Shown here piece after piece: positions 32,370 to 41,846 of a stretch of 64,000 nucleotides of DNA. Numbering within the stretch: the first letter of the stretch is position 1; the number at the start of each line of letters is the position of its first letter. Made by a program: the position numbers and the translations under genes. Source of the DNA: an uncultured Actinomycetes bacterium (GTDB lineage Bacteria; Actinomycetota; UBA4738; HRBIN12); assembly GCA_963704885.1 (NCBI GenBank), contig CAVPIB010000004.1, positions 288,001 to 352,000 of the forward strand. Reading direction: 5' to 3'. Below the pieces are notes generated by a model. The model searched no databases. It was given only the letters and a program-made list of their open reading frames with translations, and was not told the origin of the DNA.

Positions 32370-33307
32370 CCGAGTCGTTCCCCTGGGCTAGGCCTGGCGC
32401 CGCGAGCCCAATCCGCGGCCGGCATCCGGCGCCTCCCCGCCGGTGCCACGGCGAGCAGTCGCACCGTGCCCGAGCCCGTCTTCACCAGCACGCCGCTCGC
32501 CTGGGTCGCCAAGATCTCCCCACGGGCACCGGGGACGTCCTCCTCCGGTTCGGCCTGGAGCACCTTGAAGGTCGCCCCACGCCAGAGGGTGTTAGCCCCG
32601 GGGTCAGGAGCGAACGCTCGGATCCGGTTCACCACATCCGTCGCCGACGCGGTCCAGTCGAGCATCCTGTCTTGGGGTGTCAGCTTGGGCGCGTATGTCG
32701 CTGTTCCGCGCTGCGGCTCAGGGGCCGACCCCGCCACCCACGCCCGAACGCTCTCCACGAGCAGTTCCGCGCCGATCCGCGCGAGTCGCCCGCCGAGCGA
32801 CCCGGCATCCTCGGCAGGATCGACCGGCTCCTCAACCCTGGCGAGCACCGGCCCCGTATCGAGTCCTTGATCCATGAGCATCACGGTCACGCCCGTGACC
32901 CGATCGCCGTGCAGCAGGGCATGCTGGACCGGGCTGGCGCCGCGCCAGCGCGGGAGCAGGGAGAAGTGGAGGTTCACGGCACCGAACCTCGGGATGGACA
33001 GCACATCGACCGATAGCAGCTCCCCGTAGGCCACCACGACGAACAGATCGGACGCAAGCGCCCTCAGATGATCTATCGTTCCTGCGTTTCGGACCGAGTC
33101 GACTTCGTAGAGCGGCGCCCCAAGCTCGCGAGCCGTATCCGCGACCGCCGTCGACCGGGTTCTCGATCCCCGCCCTGCTGGACGAGGAGGGTTCGTGACG
33201 ACGGAGACAACCTCGAGGTCCGTGGCGCCAACGATGCCAGCGAGCGGGGGAACCGACCAGGCGTCGTTGCCCATGAAGACGACGCGTGACGTCGAGGTCA
33301 TGGTCAA
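32366..33307 (-). CDS. fmt: methionyl-tRNA formyltransferase
   Basis: VVAYG, NLHFSLLPRWRGASPVQ, GLDTGP. Confidence 0.95.
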   Translation of the reverse strand: MTMTSTSRVVFMGNDAWSVPPLAGIVGATDLEVVSVVTNPPRPAGRGSRTRSTAVADTARELGAPLYEVDSVRNAGTIDHLRALASDLFVVVAYGELLSVDVLSIPRFGAVNLHFSLLPRWRGASPVQHALLHGDRVTGVTVMLMDQGLDTGPVLARVEEPVDPAEDAGSLGGRLARIGAELLVESVRAWVAGSAPEPQRGTATYAPKLTPQDRMLDWTASATDVVNRIRAFAPDPGANTLWRGATFKVLQAEPEEDVPGARGEILATQASGVLVKTGSGTVRLLAVAPAGRRRMPAADWARGARPSPGERLG

Positions 33308-33831
33308 CCCTCGTCGCTAGGTCGACGCTTCCGGGGCTCCTGCAGCCCCAGCTCGATGCGCCGGAGCTCGGCCAAGACAGACCTCCGGCCATCCTCATCC
33401 AACCGGTCTATGAACAAGGTCCCCCGCAGGTGATCGGTCTCGTGCTGGAAGATCCTCGCGAGCAGTCCCTCCGCGCTCATCTCGACGGTTTCTCCCCGAA
33501 GGTCCTGCCCTCGGCAGGCGATCGAAGCGAATCGCCTGGTGGGATAGAACGGACCAGGGACGGAGAGGCATCCTTCCTCCAAGACCGCCTCGCCCGCGGG
33601 ACTCAGCAGCTCGGGGTTGGCCATGAACATCGGGCCCGTCTCACCGTCGTCGAACACGAAGACGGCCAGCGAGACCCCAACCTGCGGGCCCGCCAGACCG
33701 ACCCCCGGAGCCTCGTACATCGTCTCGAGCATGTCATCGGCCAGATGCCGAAGCGTCCGATCGAATCGCTCGACGGGTTTGGTCGGCGTCTTCAGCACAG
33801 GGTCGCCCAAGGTGCGGATGGGGATGATCAT
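33304..33831 (-). CDS. def: peptide deformylase
   Basis: GVGLAGPQ, EGCLS, HETDH. Confidence 0.96.
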   Translation of the reverse strand: MIIPIRTLGDPVLKTPTKPVERFDRTLRHLADDMLETMYEAPGVGLAGPQVGVSLAVFVFDDGETGPMFMANPELLSPAGEAVLEEGCLSVPGPFYPTRRFASIACRGQDLRGETVEMSAEGLLARIFQHETDHLRGTLFIDRLDEDGRRSVLAELRRIELGLQEPRKRRPSDEG

Positions 33832-33852
33832 GTGTCGGCGGCTCCGGTTCGT

Positions 33853-35637
33853 CTAGAGGTGTGGCTCGGCCTCGACCCTGGTCACGAGGTCGCGAGCCGC
33901 GAGCTCACGGACCACGCGGCCGAACTCGGGAACGCGGTCGGGTTCGAGCGCGAGCAAGCATACCGTTTGGTCTCCCACGGACGAGACGAGCAGCGTGATC
34001 GGTCTGTGCCGCGAGAGCGCATCCTCGAGGGCGGGCGGCCCCGCGATCCGGAAGACCGCGGCTCCGATCGGGAACCCGGCGGCCTCCCTGCGGCGACGCT
34101 CGTCTGCGTGGAACCGATCTGGGTTGCCCCGCACCAGAGCCTGGATCGCTGGGTCCGTGGAACGCTCTGCCTGAACGATCGCCCGCCCCGACGGCCGTGC
34201 CCATCCCACGGCCTCCATCCAGGTGGAGAGCGCTCGCTCACGGGAGTCCAGTCCAGGCCGGCGTTCCGCTAGATCCGCGTCGAGGATCGCGACCAGATCC
34301 AGCCCGCCCGGACCCAGATCACGCACTGCCTCGGGTCCGCCAACCAGTACCTCCCCTTCGACCGGCAGACGAGGTCTGCCCTTCGGAGGGATACGGCTGA
34401 CGGGAACGAGCGCCGTCGACGATGCCCACTCCTCCACCCGCTCGGCGCCTCCGCGTCGGATCCCGAAGTCCGTGGCACCACAGACCGCGCATCGTCCCTC
34501 CGCCTCGCACACGACGCACCGAACGACTCCCTCCTCGGAACGCAGGAGGCCGCCACATGCCGCACAAGCCGCCGGGTTCGCACAGACACGGCAGACCTGA
34601 GCCACCCCGTACCCGTGGAGCGGCGACAGCAGGAATGCCCGCTTCGCTTCACGCAGAGCCCGCACGAGGCGCGGCGCCCGCCCCTCCGGGCCTGGACGGA
34701 CCACCTCGACGGGAGGCCATCGGCGCGTCGTGGGTGCGACTACGGTCGCGGGCAGCAGGGTCGACTCGGTCGAGGGGCAGATCGCAGACAGGACGCAGAC
34801 CGCTTCCGAGAGCTCGGCGCGTCGCAGGCTGACATCCCGCGAGTGGTGGTACGGCGACCGGTCTTCGCGATGAGCCGGGTGGCTCTCGCGCGAGACGAAT
34901 ATGAGTCCCAGATCGGGTTGGGGCGCGAACACCGCTGGACGCGTGCCGACGATCACGTCGTACCGACCGGCGTGGATCTCCAGCCAACGCCGGTAGCGCA
35001 TCCGACGATCACCCCCCAACAAGATCCCGACGCGCTCCCCGAACGCCTCTTCGACGGCCACCGCCGTCGCTGGCCTCGGGGATGCCTCGGGTACCAGAAC
35101 GATCGCCCTCCGCCCTCCCACGAGGCAGTTCGCCACGGCCTCGACGGCGATGCTCACTTCGTCTTCGGGAGCCGGACGGACGAGGAATAGGCCGGACCCC
35201 CCGCCGATCGCGTGGCCGAGCTCCGGTCCGTTCCGATAGTCGCCAAGGGGTCGTGGGGACACGACCGAACCCCGCGCATCTCCGATCGTCCCTGATCGGA
35301 TACCGGCCTCCTCGGATGCCACCCGCGGCGGATGCGACCTAGCGATGACCGCCGCGAGCGGCGCCACGTAGCGTTCGCTCACCCATCGCAGGAGCTCCAG
35401 CAGGTCGGCGTCGAAGTACCGCACCGGGGAGACGGCCTTGCGGACATCGAGGATCCGGGGCGGAACGTCGTCCGTCGCTCCGAGCACCCACCCCCTGATC
35501 GATCGCCCGTGGAAAGGCACCTGGACCAGCGAGCCCACTCCTGCGTCCATCTCGCCGGGGAGCCGATACGTGAACGGTCGGTCGAGCGCGAGGATGGGGC
35601 GGTCGATGCAGATCTCGACGGGCCCGTCGAGGCGGCT
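33853..35637 (-). CDS. priA: primosomal protein N' (degenerate helicase, actinobacterial type); start codon unclear
   Basis: LDRPFTY..VQVPFHGR, IVGTRPAVFAP, four CxxC motifs, G..RVEE. Position between metK and def. Confidence 0.85.
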   Translation of the reverse strand, partial: SRLDGPVEICIDRPILALDRPFTYRLPGEMDAGVGSLVQVPFHGRSIRGWVLGATDDVPPRILDVRKAVSPVRYFDADLLELLRWVSERYVAPLAAVIARSHPPRVASEEAGIRSGTIGDARGSVVSPRPLGDYRNGPELGHAIGGGSGLFLVRPAPEDEVSIAVEAVANCLVGGRRAIVLVPEASPRPATAVAVEEAFGERVGILLGGDRRMRYRRWLEIHAGRYDVIVGTRPAVFAPQPDLGLIFVSRESHPAHREDRSPYHHSRDVSLRRAELSEAVCVLSAICPSTESTLLPATVVAPTTRRWPPVEVVRPGPEGRAPRLVRALREAKRAFLLSPLHGYGVAQVCRVCANPAACAACGGLLRSEEGVVRCVVCEAEGRCAVCGATDFGIRRGGAERVEEWASSTALVPVSRIPPKGRPRLPVEGEVLVGGPEAVRDLGPGGLDLVAILDADLAERRPGLDSRERALSTWMEAVGWARPSGRAIVQAERSTDPAIQALVRGNPDRFHADERRRREAAGFPIGAAVFRIAGPPALEDALSRHRPITLLVSSVGDQTVCLLALEPDRVPEFGRVVRELAARDLVTRVEAEPHL

Positions 35638-36829
35638 ACCCGACGGCTCGGCGGAGGTCGTCGACGCGGTCGGTCGCCTCCCACGGGAACTCTTTGCGCC
35701 CGAAGTGGCCGTAGGCTGCGGTGTCCCGGTAGATCGGGCGAGCGAGATCGAGGTCGCGGATGATGGCGGCGGGACGGAAGTCGAAGACCTCCAGGATCGC
35801 CGGTTGTAGCTTCGACGGATCCACTTGCTCGGTGCCATAGGTCTCGACCATCAACGAGGTGGGATGTGCGGTGCCGATCGCGTACGCGACCTGGATCTGA
35901 CAGCGGTCGGCCAGGCCCGAGGCCACGATGTGCTTGGCGACGTAGCGAGCCATGTAGGCCGCCGACCGGTCCACCTTCGTGGGGTCCTTGCCACTGAAAG
36001 CACCGCCGCCGTGCGGCGCCATGCCCCCGTAGCTGTCCACGATGATCTTCCGGCCCGTGAGGCCGGTGTCGGCCTTGGGTCCGCCGATCTCGAAGCGTCC
36101 GGTCGGGTTCACCAGCGGCTCGCGCATGGAGCTCGCATCCACGTCGGGGAATTCACGGAGCACAGGTTCGATCACCTCGGCGATGATGTCGGGTCTCAGC
36201 AGCGTCTCGACGTCGACCTCCTCCCGATGCTGGGCGGAGATCAACACCGAGTCCACGCGGTGCGGCTTCCCATCCCGGTACTCGATGCTCACCTGCGCCT
36301 TGCCGTCGGGTCGCAGGTATGGCACGACGCCGGCCTTGCGAACGTCGGCCAGTCGCTTGGCCAGCCTGTGAGCCATGGCTATCGGCAGAGGCATCAGTTC
36401 CTCGGTGTCGCGGCAGGCGAAGCCGAACATCATGCCCTGATCGCCCGCTCCGAGAAGGTCCAGCGGATCTCCGGAGTGACCCTCCCTGTGCTCGAGTGAG
36501 TCCTCGACACCGCGGGCGATATCGGGAGACTGCTCTTGGATCGCCGTGATGACGCCGCATGTCTCACCGTCGAGACCGAACTTCGCATCGGTGTAGCCGA
36601 CATCGGTGACGGTAGAACGCACGACGGACGGGATATCGATCCAGCTCTCCGTGGTGATCTCCCCTGCGACCATGACGAGCCCCGTCGTGACGAGCGTCTC
36701 GCACGCGACGCGGCTCTGCGGGTCCTTCTTGAGCAACGCATCGAGCACGGCGTCAGAGATCTGGTCCGCGAGCTTGTCGGGATGCCCTTCGGTGACCGAC
36801 TCCGATGAGAAGAAGTAGTCCTGGCTCAT
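35636..36829 (-). CDS. metK: S-adenosylmethionine synthetase
   Basis: [26 protein letters not shown]. Confidence 0.98.
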   Translation of the reverse strand: MSQDYFFSSESVTEGHPDKLADQISDAVLDALLKKDPQSRVACETLVTTGLVMVAGEITTESWIDIPSVVRSTVTDVGYTDAKFGLDGETCGVITAIQEQSPDIARGVEDSLEHREGHSGDPLDLLGAGDQGMMFGFACRDTEELMPLPIAMAHRLAKRLADVRKAGVVPYLRPDGKAQVSIEYRDGKPHRVDSVLISAQHREEVDVETLLRPDIIAEVIEPVLREFPDVDASSMREPLVNPTGRFEIGGPKADTGLTGRKIIVDSYGGMAPHGGGAFSGKDPTKVDRSAAYMARYVAKHIVASGLADRCQIQVAYAIGTAHPTSLMVETYGTEQVDPSKLQPAILEVFDFRPAAIIRDLDLARPIYRDTAAYGHFGRKEFPWEATDRVDDLRRAVG

Positions 36830-36851
36830 ACCGGCGCGAGTATAGCCTCGG

Positions 36852-38060
36852 TCAGGGCCGCGACCCTGACCGCCGTCCGGACAACGAGATCACGAGTCGG
36901 TCGCAGATGGCGGTCGCGAGCTCGGCCTTGGTCCACATGCGCAGAACCTCTTCCGGTCCGGCCTCCGTCAAGAGCATCGCCTCGCTCGTGTCTGAACCGA
37001 ACCCGGTCCCCTGGCGTCCGACGCGGTTCACGACGACCAGATCCAGATTCTTCGCCTGCAGCTTCCGACGTCCCGCATCCTGCAGACCTTGCGTCTCGGC
37101 CGCGAACCCGATCAACACCTTGTTCCCCTTGCGTTCGCCGAGCTCACGCAGGATGTCGGGGGTGGGCTCGAGGTGCAGCTCTGGGATGCCCGCCTCCTTC
37201 TTCAGCTTGTCCTCGGCGGAGATCTTGGGACGGAAATCCGCCACGGCCGCCGCCATCACCACAGCGTCCGCGTCTTCGAACGCCGTCAGGACGGCGGCGC
37301 GCATCTCTTCGGCGGTCGAGACCTCCTCGATCGAAAGACCGCCCGGTGGTCGAACCGAGCCGGGCCCAAGCACCAGGAGTACGTCGGCTCCGCGCGACGC
37401 CGCTTCAGCCGCGACGGCCACGCCCATCCTTCCACTCGAGCGGTTGCCTATGAACCGGACCGGGTCGATCGGCTCATGCGTCGGTCCCGCGGTGACGACC
37501 ACGCGGAATCCGGCGAGATCCTCACGCCCGAGCGCCCCCCGTGCGGCGGCGACGATGTCGGCCGGCTCGGCCATCCGTCCCACTCCTTCATCCCCGGCTG
37601 CCAACGCTCCCGAGGCCGGCCCGACCAGCCGCACACCCCGATCCTTCAGCATTCCGACGTTCGAACGCGTGGCCGGGTGCTCCCACATGCCCGTGTGCAT
37701 GGCCGGCGCGATGACCAGCGGGCAGCGGGCTTCCAGGAGGGTCGCCGTCAAAAGGTCATCGGCCAGACCGTTAGCGAGTTTCGCGATGACGTTGGCCGTG
37801 GCCGGCGCGACGATCGCCAGATCTGCCGACCTCGCCAGTTCTACGTGCAGGACGATGCCCGGCTGCTCCCACAACGACGTGTGAACGGGATTGGCTGTCA
37901 GTGCCGCGAACGTCTCGATCCCGATGAACCTCTCCGCCGACGCTGTCATGACGACGTGGATGTCGGCCCCCTGGGACCCCAAGAGTCGAGCGAGCGCGGC
38001 GGACTTATACGCAGCGATGCCCCCCGAGACCCCGAGCAGGATCCGGCGGCCGGCGAGGCT
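36852..38060 (-). CDS. coaBC: bifunctional PPC decarboxylase / PPC synthetase; start codon unclear
   Basis: In-frame N-terminus [18 protein letters not shown], then [37 protein letters not shown]. Confidence 0.94.
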   Translation of the reverse strand, partial: SLAGRRILLGVSGGIAAYKSAALARLLGSQGADIHVVMTASAERFIGIETFAALTANPVHTSLWEQPGIVLHVELARSADLAIVAPATANVIAKLANGLADDLLTATLLEARCPLVIAPAMHTGMWEHPATRSNVGMLKDRGVRLVGPASGALAAGDEGVGRMAEPADIVAAARGALGREDLAGFRVVVTAGPTHEPIDPVRFIGNRSSGRMGVAVAAEAASRGADVLLVLGPGSVRPPGGLSIEEVSTAEEMRAAVLTAFEDADAVVMAAAVADFRPKISAEDKLKKEAGIPELHLEPTPDILRELGERKGNKVLIGFAAETQGLQDAGRRKLQAKNLDLVVVNRVGRQGTGFGSDTSEAMLLTEAGPEEVLRMWTKAELATAICDRLVISLSGRRSGSRP

Positions 38061-38307
38061 ATTCGGCTGCTGGCTCCTCGGTTCGCTCGTAGTCGATCTT
38101 CCCCTCGGCGATCTCCTCGAGGGCGATCGACAACGGCTTGTTGGTGAGACCGCCGCTCTCGATCAGCGGCGGGATGTATTCCGCGCGCCCCTCACCGAGC
38201 TGGCTGTAATAGGCATTGATCTCTCGCGCGCGCTTGGCGGCGAGGATCACGAGTGTGTACTTGGAGTCGACGGCTGCGAGCAGATCGTCGATCTTGGGTT
38301 CGATCAT
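38059..38307 (-). CDS. rpoZ: RNA polymerase omega subunit
   Basis: [29 protein letters not shown] 38307 overlaps the gmk stop. Confidence 0.95.
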   Translation of the reverse strand: MIEPKIDDLLAAVDSKYTLVILAAKRAREINAYYSQLGEGRAEYIPPLIESGGLTNKPLSIALEEIAEGKIDYERTEEPAAE

Positions 38308-38897
38308 GGGGCAGACTCCTCTGGTGGTTCGGAGCGGGATGCGTCGATGATAGCAGCGACCTGGTCCGTTGCACGCTCGAGCGCATCGTTCACGACCACA
38401 TGGTCGAACCATCCCGCCTGGGCGATCTCCCACGCAGCCTTCTCGAGTCGCTGCGTCATGCGCTCGTCGGACTCCGTGCCTCGGCCCCGCAATCGAGCCT
38501 CCAGATCGGCGAGGGAGGGCGGTGCGAGGAAGATCAGGAGTGCCTTGGGCGCGCGTTGCTTCACCTGCTGGGCCCCCTGCACGTCGATCTCCAGGACCAC
38601 GTCCCGGCCGGCATCGAGTTGATCCTCCACCTCCGCGGCGGGCGTTCCGTAGGCGTTCCCGAACACGTCCGCCCATTCCAGCAAGCCACCGCTCTCGGCC
38701 AAGGCGCGGAAGGACGCCTGGTCCACGAACAGGTAGTCACGGCCCTCGACCTCGGTGGAGCGCGGGTCTCTGGTGGTGGCCGACACGGACAGCGCGAGCC
38801 CCTCCGGATCTCTGGCGAGGAGCCGTTTGACGACGCTCCCCTTCCCGACCCCGGAGGGGCCCGCGATGACGATCAACCTGCCTCGGCGCGAGGCCAA
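38304..38897 (-). CDS. gmk: guanylate kinase
   Basis: [22 protein letters not shown]. Confidence 0.96.
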   Translation of the reverse strand: MASRRGRLIVIAGPSGVGKGSVVKRLLARDPEGLALSVSATTRDPRSTEVEGRDYLFVDQASFRALAESGGLLEWADVFGNAYGTPAAEVEDQLDAGRDVVLEIDVQGAQQVKQRAPKALLIFLAPPSLADLEARLRGRGTESDERMTQRLEKAAWEIAQAGWFDHVVVNDALERATDQVAAIIDASRSEPPEESAP

Positions 38898-38903
38898 GGC
38901 GCG

Positions 38904-39215
38904 TTACTTCTTGAACTTCTCGAGGAGCTGCTCGCGCTGCTTCGCCCCGAGGCCGCGAACGCGCCGGCTCACCGAGATATCGAGCTCCTCCATCAGCTTC
39001 TGAGCGCGCACCTTGCCGACGCCGGGCAGGGACTCGAGCACGTTCGACACCTTCATCTTGCCGACGATATCGTCGCCCGACCTTGAAAGCACATCCTTCA
39101 GCGTCAGCTTGCCGGACTTCAACTCGCCCTTCAGCTCGGCACGCTTCTTCCGCGCCTCAGCGGCTTTCGCGAGGGCTTGCGTTCGCTGTTCGGGTGTCAG
39201 GGTCGGTAGGGCCAT
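38904..39215 (-). CDS. mihF: actinobacterial integration host factor
   Basis: MALPTLTPEQR..LESLPGVGKVRA..SRRVRGLG. Confidence 0.95.
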   Translation of the reverse strand: MALPTLTPEQRTQALAKAAEARKKRAELKGELKSGKLTLKDVLSRSGDDIVGKMKVSNVLESLPGVGKVRAQKLMEELDISVSRRVRGLGAKQREQLLEKFKK

Positions 39216-39349
39216 CACGCGCTCCTTTACGCTCTGCGGATCGGGAACTCGGCGAGTATACGCACGGCTCCGAGCGCGGGACAACGCGGATATGACGCGC
39301 TGCCTGCGGTTTCAGATGGTATGGGTCGCCGCTCGCGTGTCGCTCGATC

Positions 39350-40033
39350 TCATCTCACGTCGTGCAAGATGCCGCGGGCCACGCCCACCGGATCACCTGC
39401 GTCGGTGATGGGACGACCGAGCACCAGGAAGTCGGCGCCCTTCTCGATCGCGGCGCGCGGCGTCAACACCCTGACCTGATCGTGACCGTTGCCACCCTCC
39501 GGGCGGATCCCTGGAACGACCAAGCAGAACACGTCGCCGCACACCGCCCGGACGTCACCGACGTCATCGCCGGATACGACGACGCCGTCGAGCCCGCTCT
39601 CCTTCGCCTCGAAAGCTAGCGATGTCGGACTGGCCAGCCCTTCGCCGGACTGACTCGACAAGACGGTAACGGCGATGACGAGCGGAGCTGGCACCCCGGC
39701 ATCAGCCGCGCCCCGATCTGCTCCCCGCCGGGCGGCGCGCATCATCTCCTCGCCTCCGAGCGCGTGCACGTTGAGCATGCGTACGCCGAGGCGTGCGATG
39801 TTGGCCGCCGAGCGTTCCACCGTGTTCGGGATGTCATGCAGCTTCGCGTCCACGAACACCGGAGCGTGAGGCGCGATGCGCCGCACCGCTCCTGGGCCTT
39901 GTGCCCAGAACAGCTCCAGCCCGACCTTGAGCATCCCCACGTGCGGGCCTAGCGCTTCCGCGAGTTCCTCCGCCCGTGTCAGGTTCGACATGTCCAGGGC
40001 GGCGACGATCGGGTTCTCGGGCCGAGGGATCAT
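39350..40033 (-). CDS. pyrF: orotidine-5'-phosphate decarboxylase
   Basis: AALD, KVGLEL, DAKLHDIPNT, VPGIR, GRPI. Confidence 0.95.
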   Translation of the reverse strand: MIPRPENPIVAALDMSNLTRAEELAEALGPHVGMLKVGLELFWAQGPGAVRRIAPHAPVFVDAKLHDIPNTVERSAANIARLGVRMLNVHALGGEEMMRAARRGADRGAADAGVPAPLVIAVTVLSSQSGEGLASPTSLAFEAKESGLDGVVVSGDDVGDVRAVCGDVFCLVVPGIRPEGGNGHDQVRVLTPRAAIEKGADFLVLGRPITDAGDPVGVARGILHDVR

Positions 40034-40977
40034 GTGCGAGGCGGCCCTTGCGCCGCCGCCGGCACCCGGAGCCGCCCGCGGAGTTCGGCGGGAGACCCGA
40101 TACGCTTCTCCTTGAGGTAGGCGGCCACGCCCCGGGCGATCTCGACCGGAGCGGAGGGATCGATCAGCGTCGCCGTTCCCACCTGCACGGCCCAAGCACC
40201 CGCCAAGAGCATCTCCACCGCGTCTTGGCCCGATCGCACACCGCCGACGGCGAGGATCGGTGTCTCGGGCAACGCGCGTGCCACCTCGAAGACCGCGCGC
40301 AGCGTGACCGGCTTCATGGCTGGTCCAGACAACCAGCCCGTCACGGCGCCGAGCCCCGGTCTGAGCGTGTTCGCATCAACGGACATCGCGTGCGGCGCGT
40401 CGAGCAACGTGAGGCCGTGCGCCCCCGCGCGGACCACGCCCCTGGCCAACTCGACCAGATCGGTCGCGACCGCCGGGAGCTTCGCGAATACCGGAACCAT
40501 CGACATCCGAGCCACCGCACCGATCACCTCGATCACTCGCTCGGGATGTGCCCCCAGCAGAGGGCGGTCGAGCTCGTCGTCGGGCTCAGAGAGCCGAACC
40601 TCGATGGCCGTCAACCCGGGCTTGCCCTGGAGCAGTGTCGTAAGGCGCACATACTCCTCCAGGGTTCCACCGGTGATGGAGACGATGATCGCGGTTCCGG
40701 CCTTCGCGAACCTCGGCATCTCCTCCTCGAGGAACGCTTCTATCCCTGGGTTCTGCATGCCCGTGGACCAGTTGATGCCCGCCGGGGTCTCGGCGATCCG
40801 GGGTGTGGGGTCACCGCGTCGCGGACGCAGGGTGATGCTCCTCGTGACTATCGCTCCGATGCGCCGGGTGTCGACGAGTCCGGTGAGCTCCCGGCCGGTC
40901 CCGGCGCAGCCCGAGGCGATCATGACCGGGGTCGCCAGAACCAGCCCGCCGAGGTCGACGGCTATCGAACGCTTCAC
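40030..40977 (-). CDS. pyrD: dihydroorotate dehydrogenase family 1B catalytic-subunit homologue with degenerate active site
   Basis: PyrD-like throughout (ASGC, PTPRIAET, QNPG, LSGPA.KP, GGV, VGTA), but NxSCPN reads RLSEPD and INT reads LDA. Confidence 0.85.
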   Translation of the reverse strand: MKRSIAVDLGGLVLATPVMIASGCAGTGRELTGLVDTRRIGAIVTRSITLRPRRGDPTPRIAETPAGINWSTGMQNPGIEAFLEEEMPRFAKAGTAIIVSITGGTLEEYVRLTTLLQGKPGLTAIEVRLSEPDDELDRPLLGAHPERVIEVIGAVARMSMVPVFAKLPAVATDLVELARGVVRAGAHGLTLLDAPHAMSVDANTLRPGLGAVTGWLSGPAMKPVTLRAVFEVARALPETPILAVGGVRSGQDAVEMLLAGAWAVQVGTATLIDPSAPVEIARGVAAYLKEKRIGSPAELRGRLRVPAAAQGPPRT

Positions 40978-41846
40978 CCCGGCCACGAACGCACCACCGG
41001 AAGTCCCTCGGGCGGCGTCGGAAGCATCGTCGGCGCGTCCGAGAGCCAGCGATCCCACAGCACCCGCGCCGGATTGAAGACAGGCCCGTCGACGCACGAA
41101 CGGAGGTGGTCATAGCCGCTTCCGTCCTTGCGCGCCACGGGAACGACGCATGTGAAGCAAAGGCCGAACCCGCACCCCATGCGCTCCTCGATGGCGACCT
41201 GCGCGGGGATCTGCCGGTCGCGACAGAACGCGGCGATCCGCTCGAGCGTCGGAGGCGACGCGGCCGCATACAACACCTCAGCCGAGCAGCGGTCGGCCAT
41301 GTCGCCCAGCACGTCGAGCACAGAACCACGGTCCCCCAGGCTCCCGTCGGCTGTCACGATCTCTATCGTCTGGGACAGCCGTTTGCCTTCGATGGGCTTG
41401 AACACTCGCTCCAGCGTGTCGCCGCCCACGATCATGTCGACACGCTTGTGACGGGCGATCAACTCCTGGGCCAAGAAGTAGAGCGAGGCCGCGCCGTGCC
41501 CCTCGGCCACCAGCAGGCAGTTCGTGAGGCGCTTGGGGTAGGAGTAGCCCTTCCCGAGCGGCCCGATGACGTCCAGGAACTCATGGGCGCGCGCGTTCCC
41601 CAACCACGCTGTCCCGGGGCCCGTCGCATCCACGACGAACTCGAGCGTGCCGGCCCATCCACCCTGCCTGGAGGCCTGATGGATCACGAAGTGTCTGCGG
41701 AGCAAGAACTCCCGCCCGTGCGGCATCTGGATGGCGAGGAACTGTCCGGGGCGCGACCGCTCCGCGATCTCGGGTGCGACCAGGGTGATCGAGTGGTACG
41801 CGCCGAGCCGGCGGGTCGAGAGGATCTCGGCGCGGGTGCGCTTCAC
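40974..41846 (-). CDS. pyrK: dihydroorotate dehydrogenase electron transfer subunit homologue
   Basis: PGQF, GPLG, and [2Fe-2S] motif [13 protein letters not shown]...[10 protein letters not shown]-binding motifs diverged. Confidence 0.87.
   Translation of the reverse strand: MKRTRAEILSTRRLGAYHSITLVAPEIAERSRPGQFLAIQMPHGREFLLRRHFVIHQASRQGGWAGTLEFVVDATGPGTAWLGNARAHEFLDVIGPLGKGYSYPKRLTNCLLVAEGHGAASLYFLAQELIARHKRVDMIVGGDTLERVFKPIEGKRLSQTIEIVTADGSLGDRGSVLDVLGDMADRCSAEVLYAAASPPTLERIAAFCRDRQIPAQVAIEERMGCGFGLCFTCVVPVARKDGSGYDHLRSCVDGPVFNPARVLWDRWLSDAPTMLPTPPEGLPVVRSWPG

Noticed and set aside
33853-35637. PriA lacking Walker A and DExH motifs as a novelty
   Set aside because: Helicase-degenerate PriA is already known in Actinomycetota.
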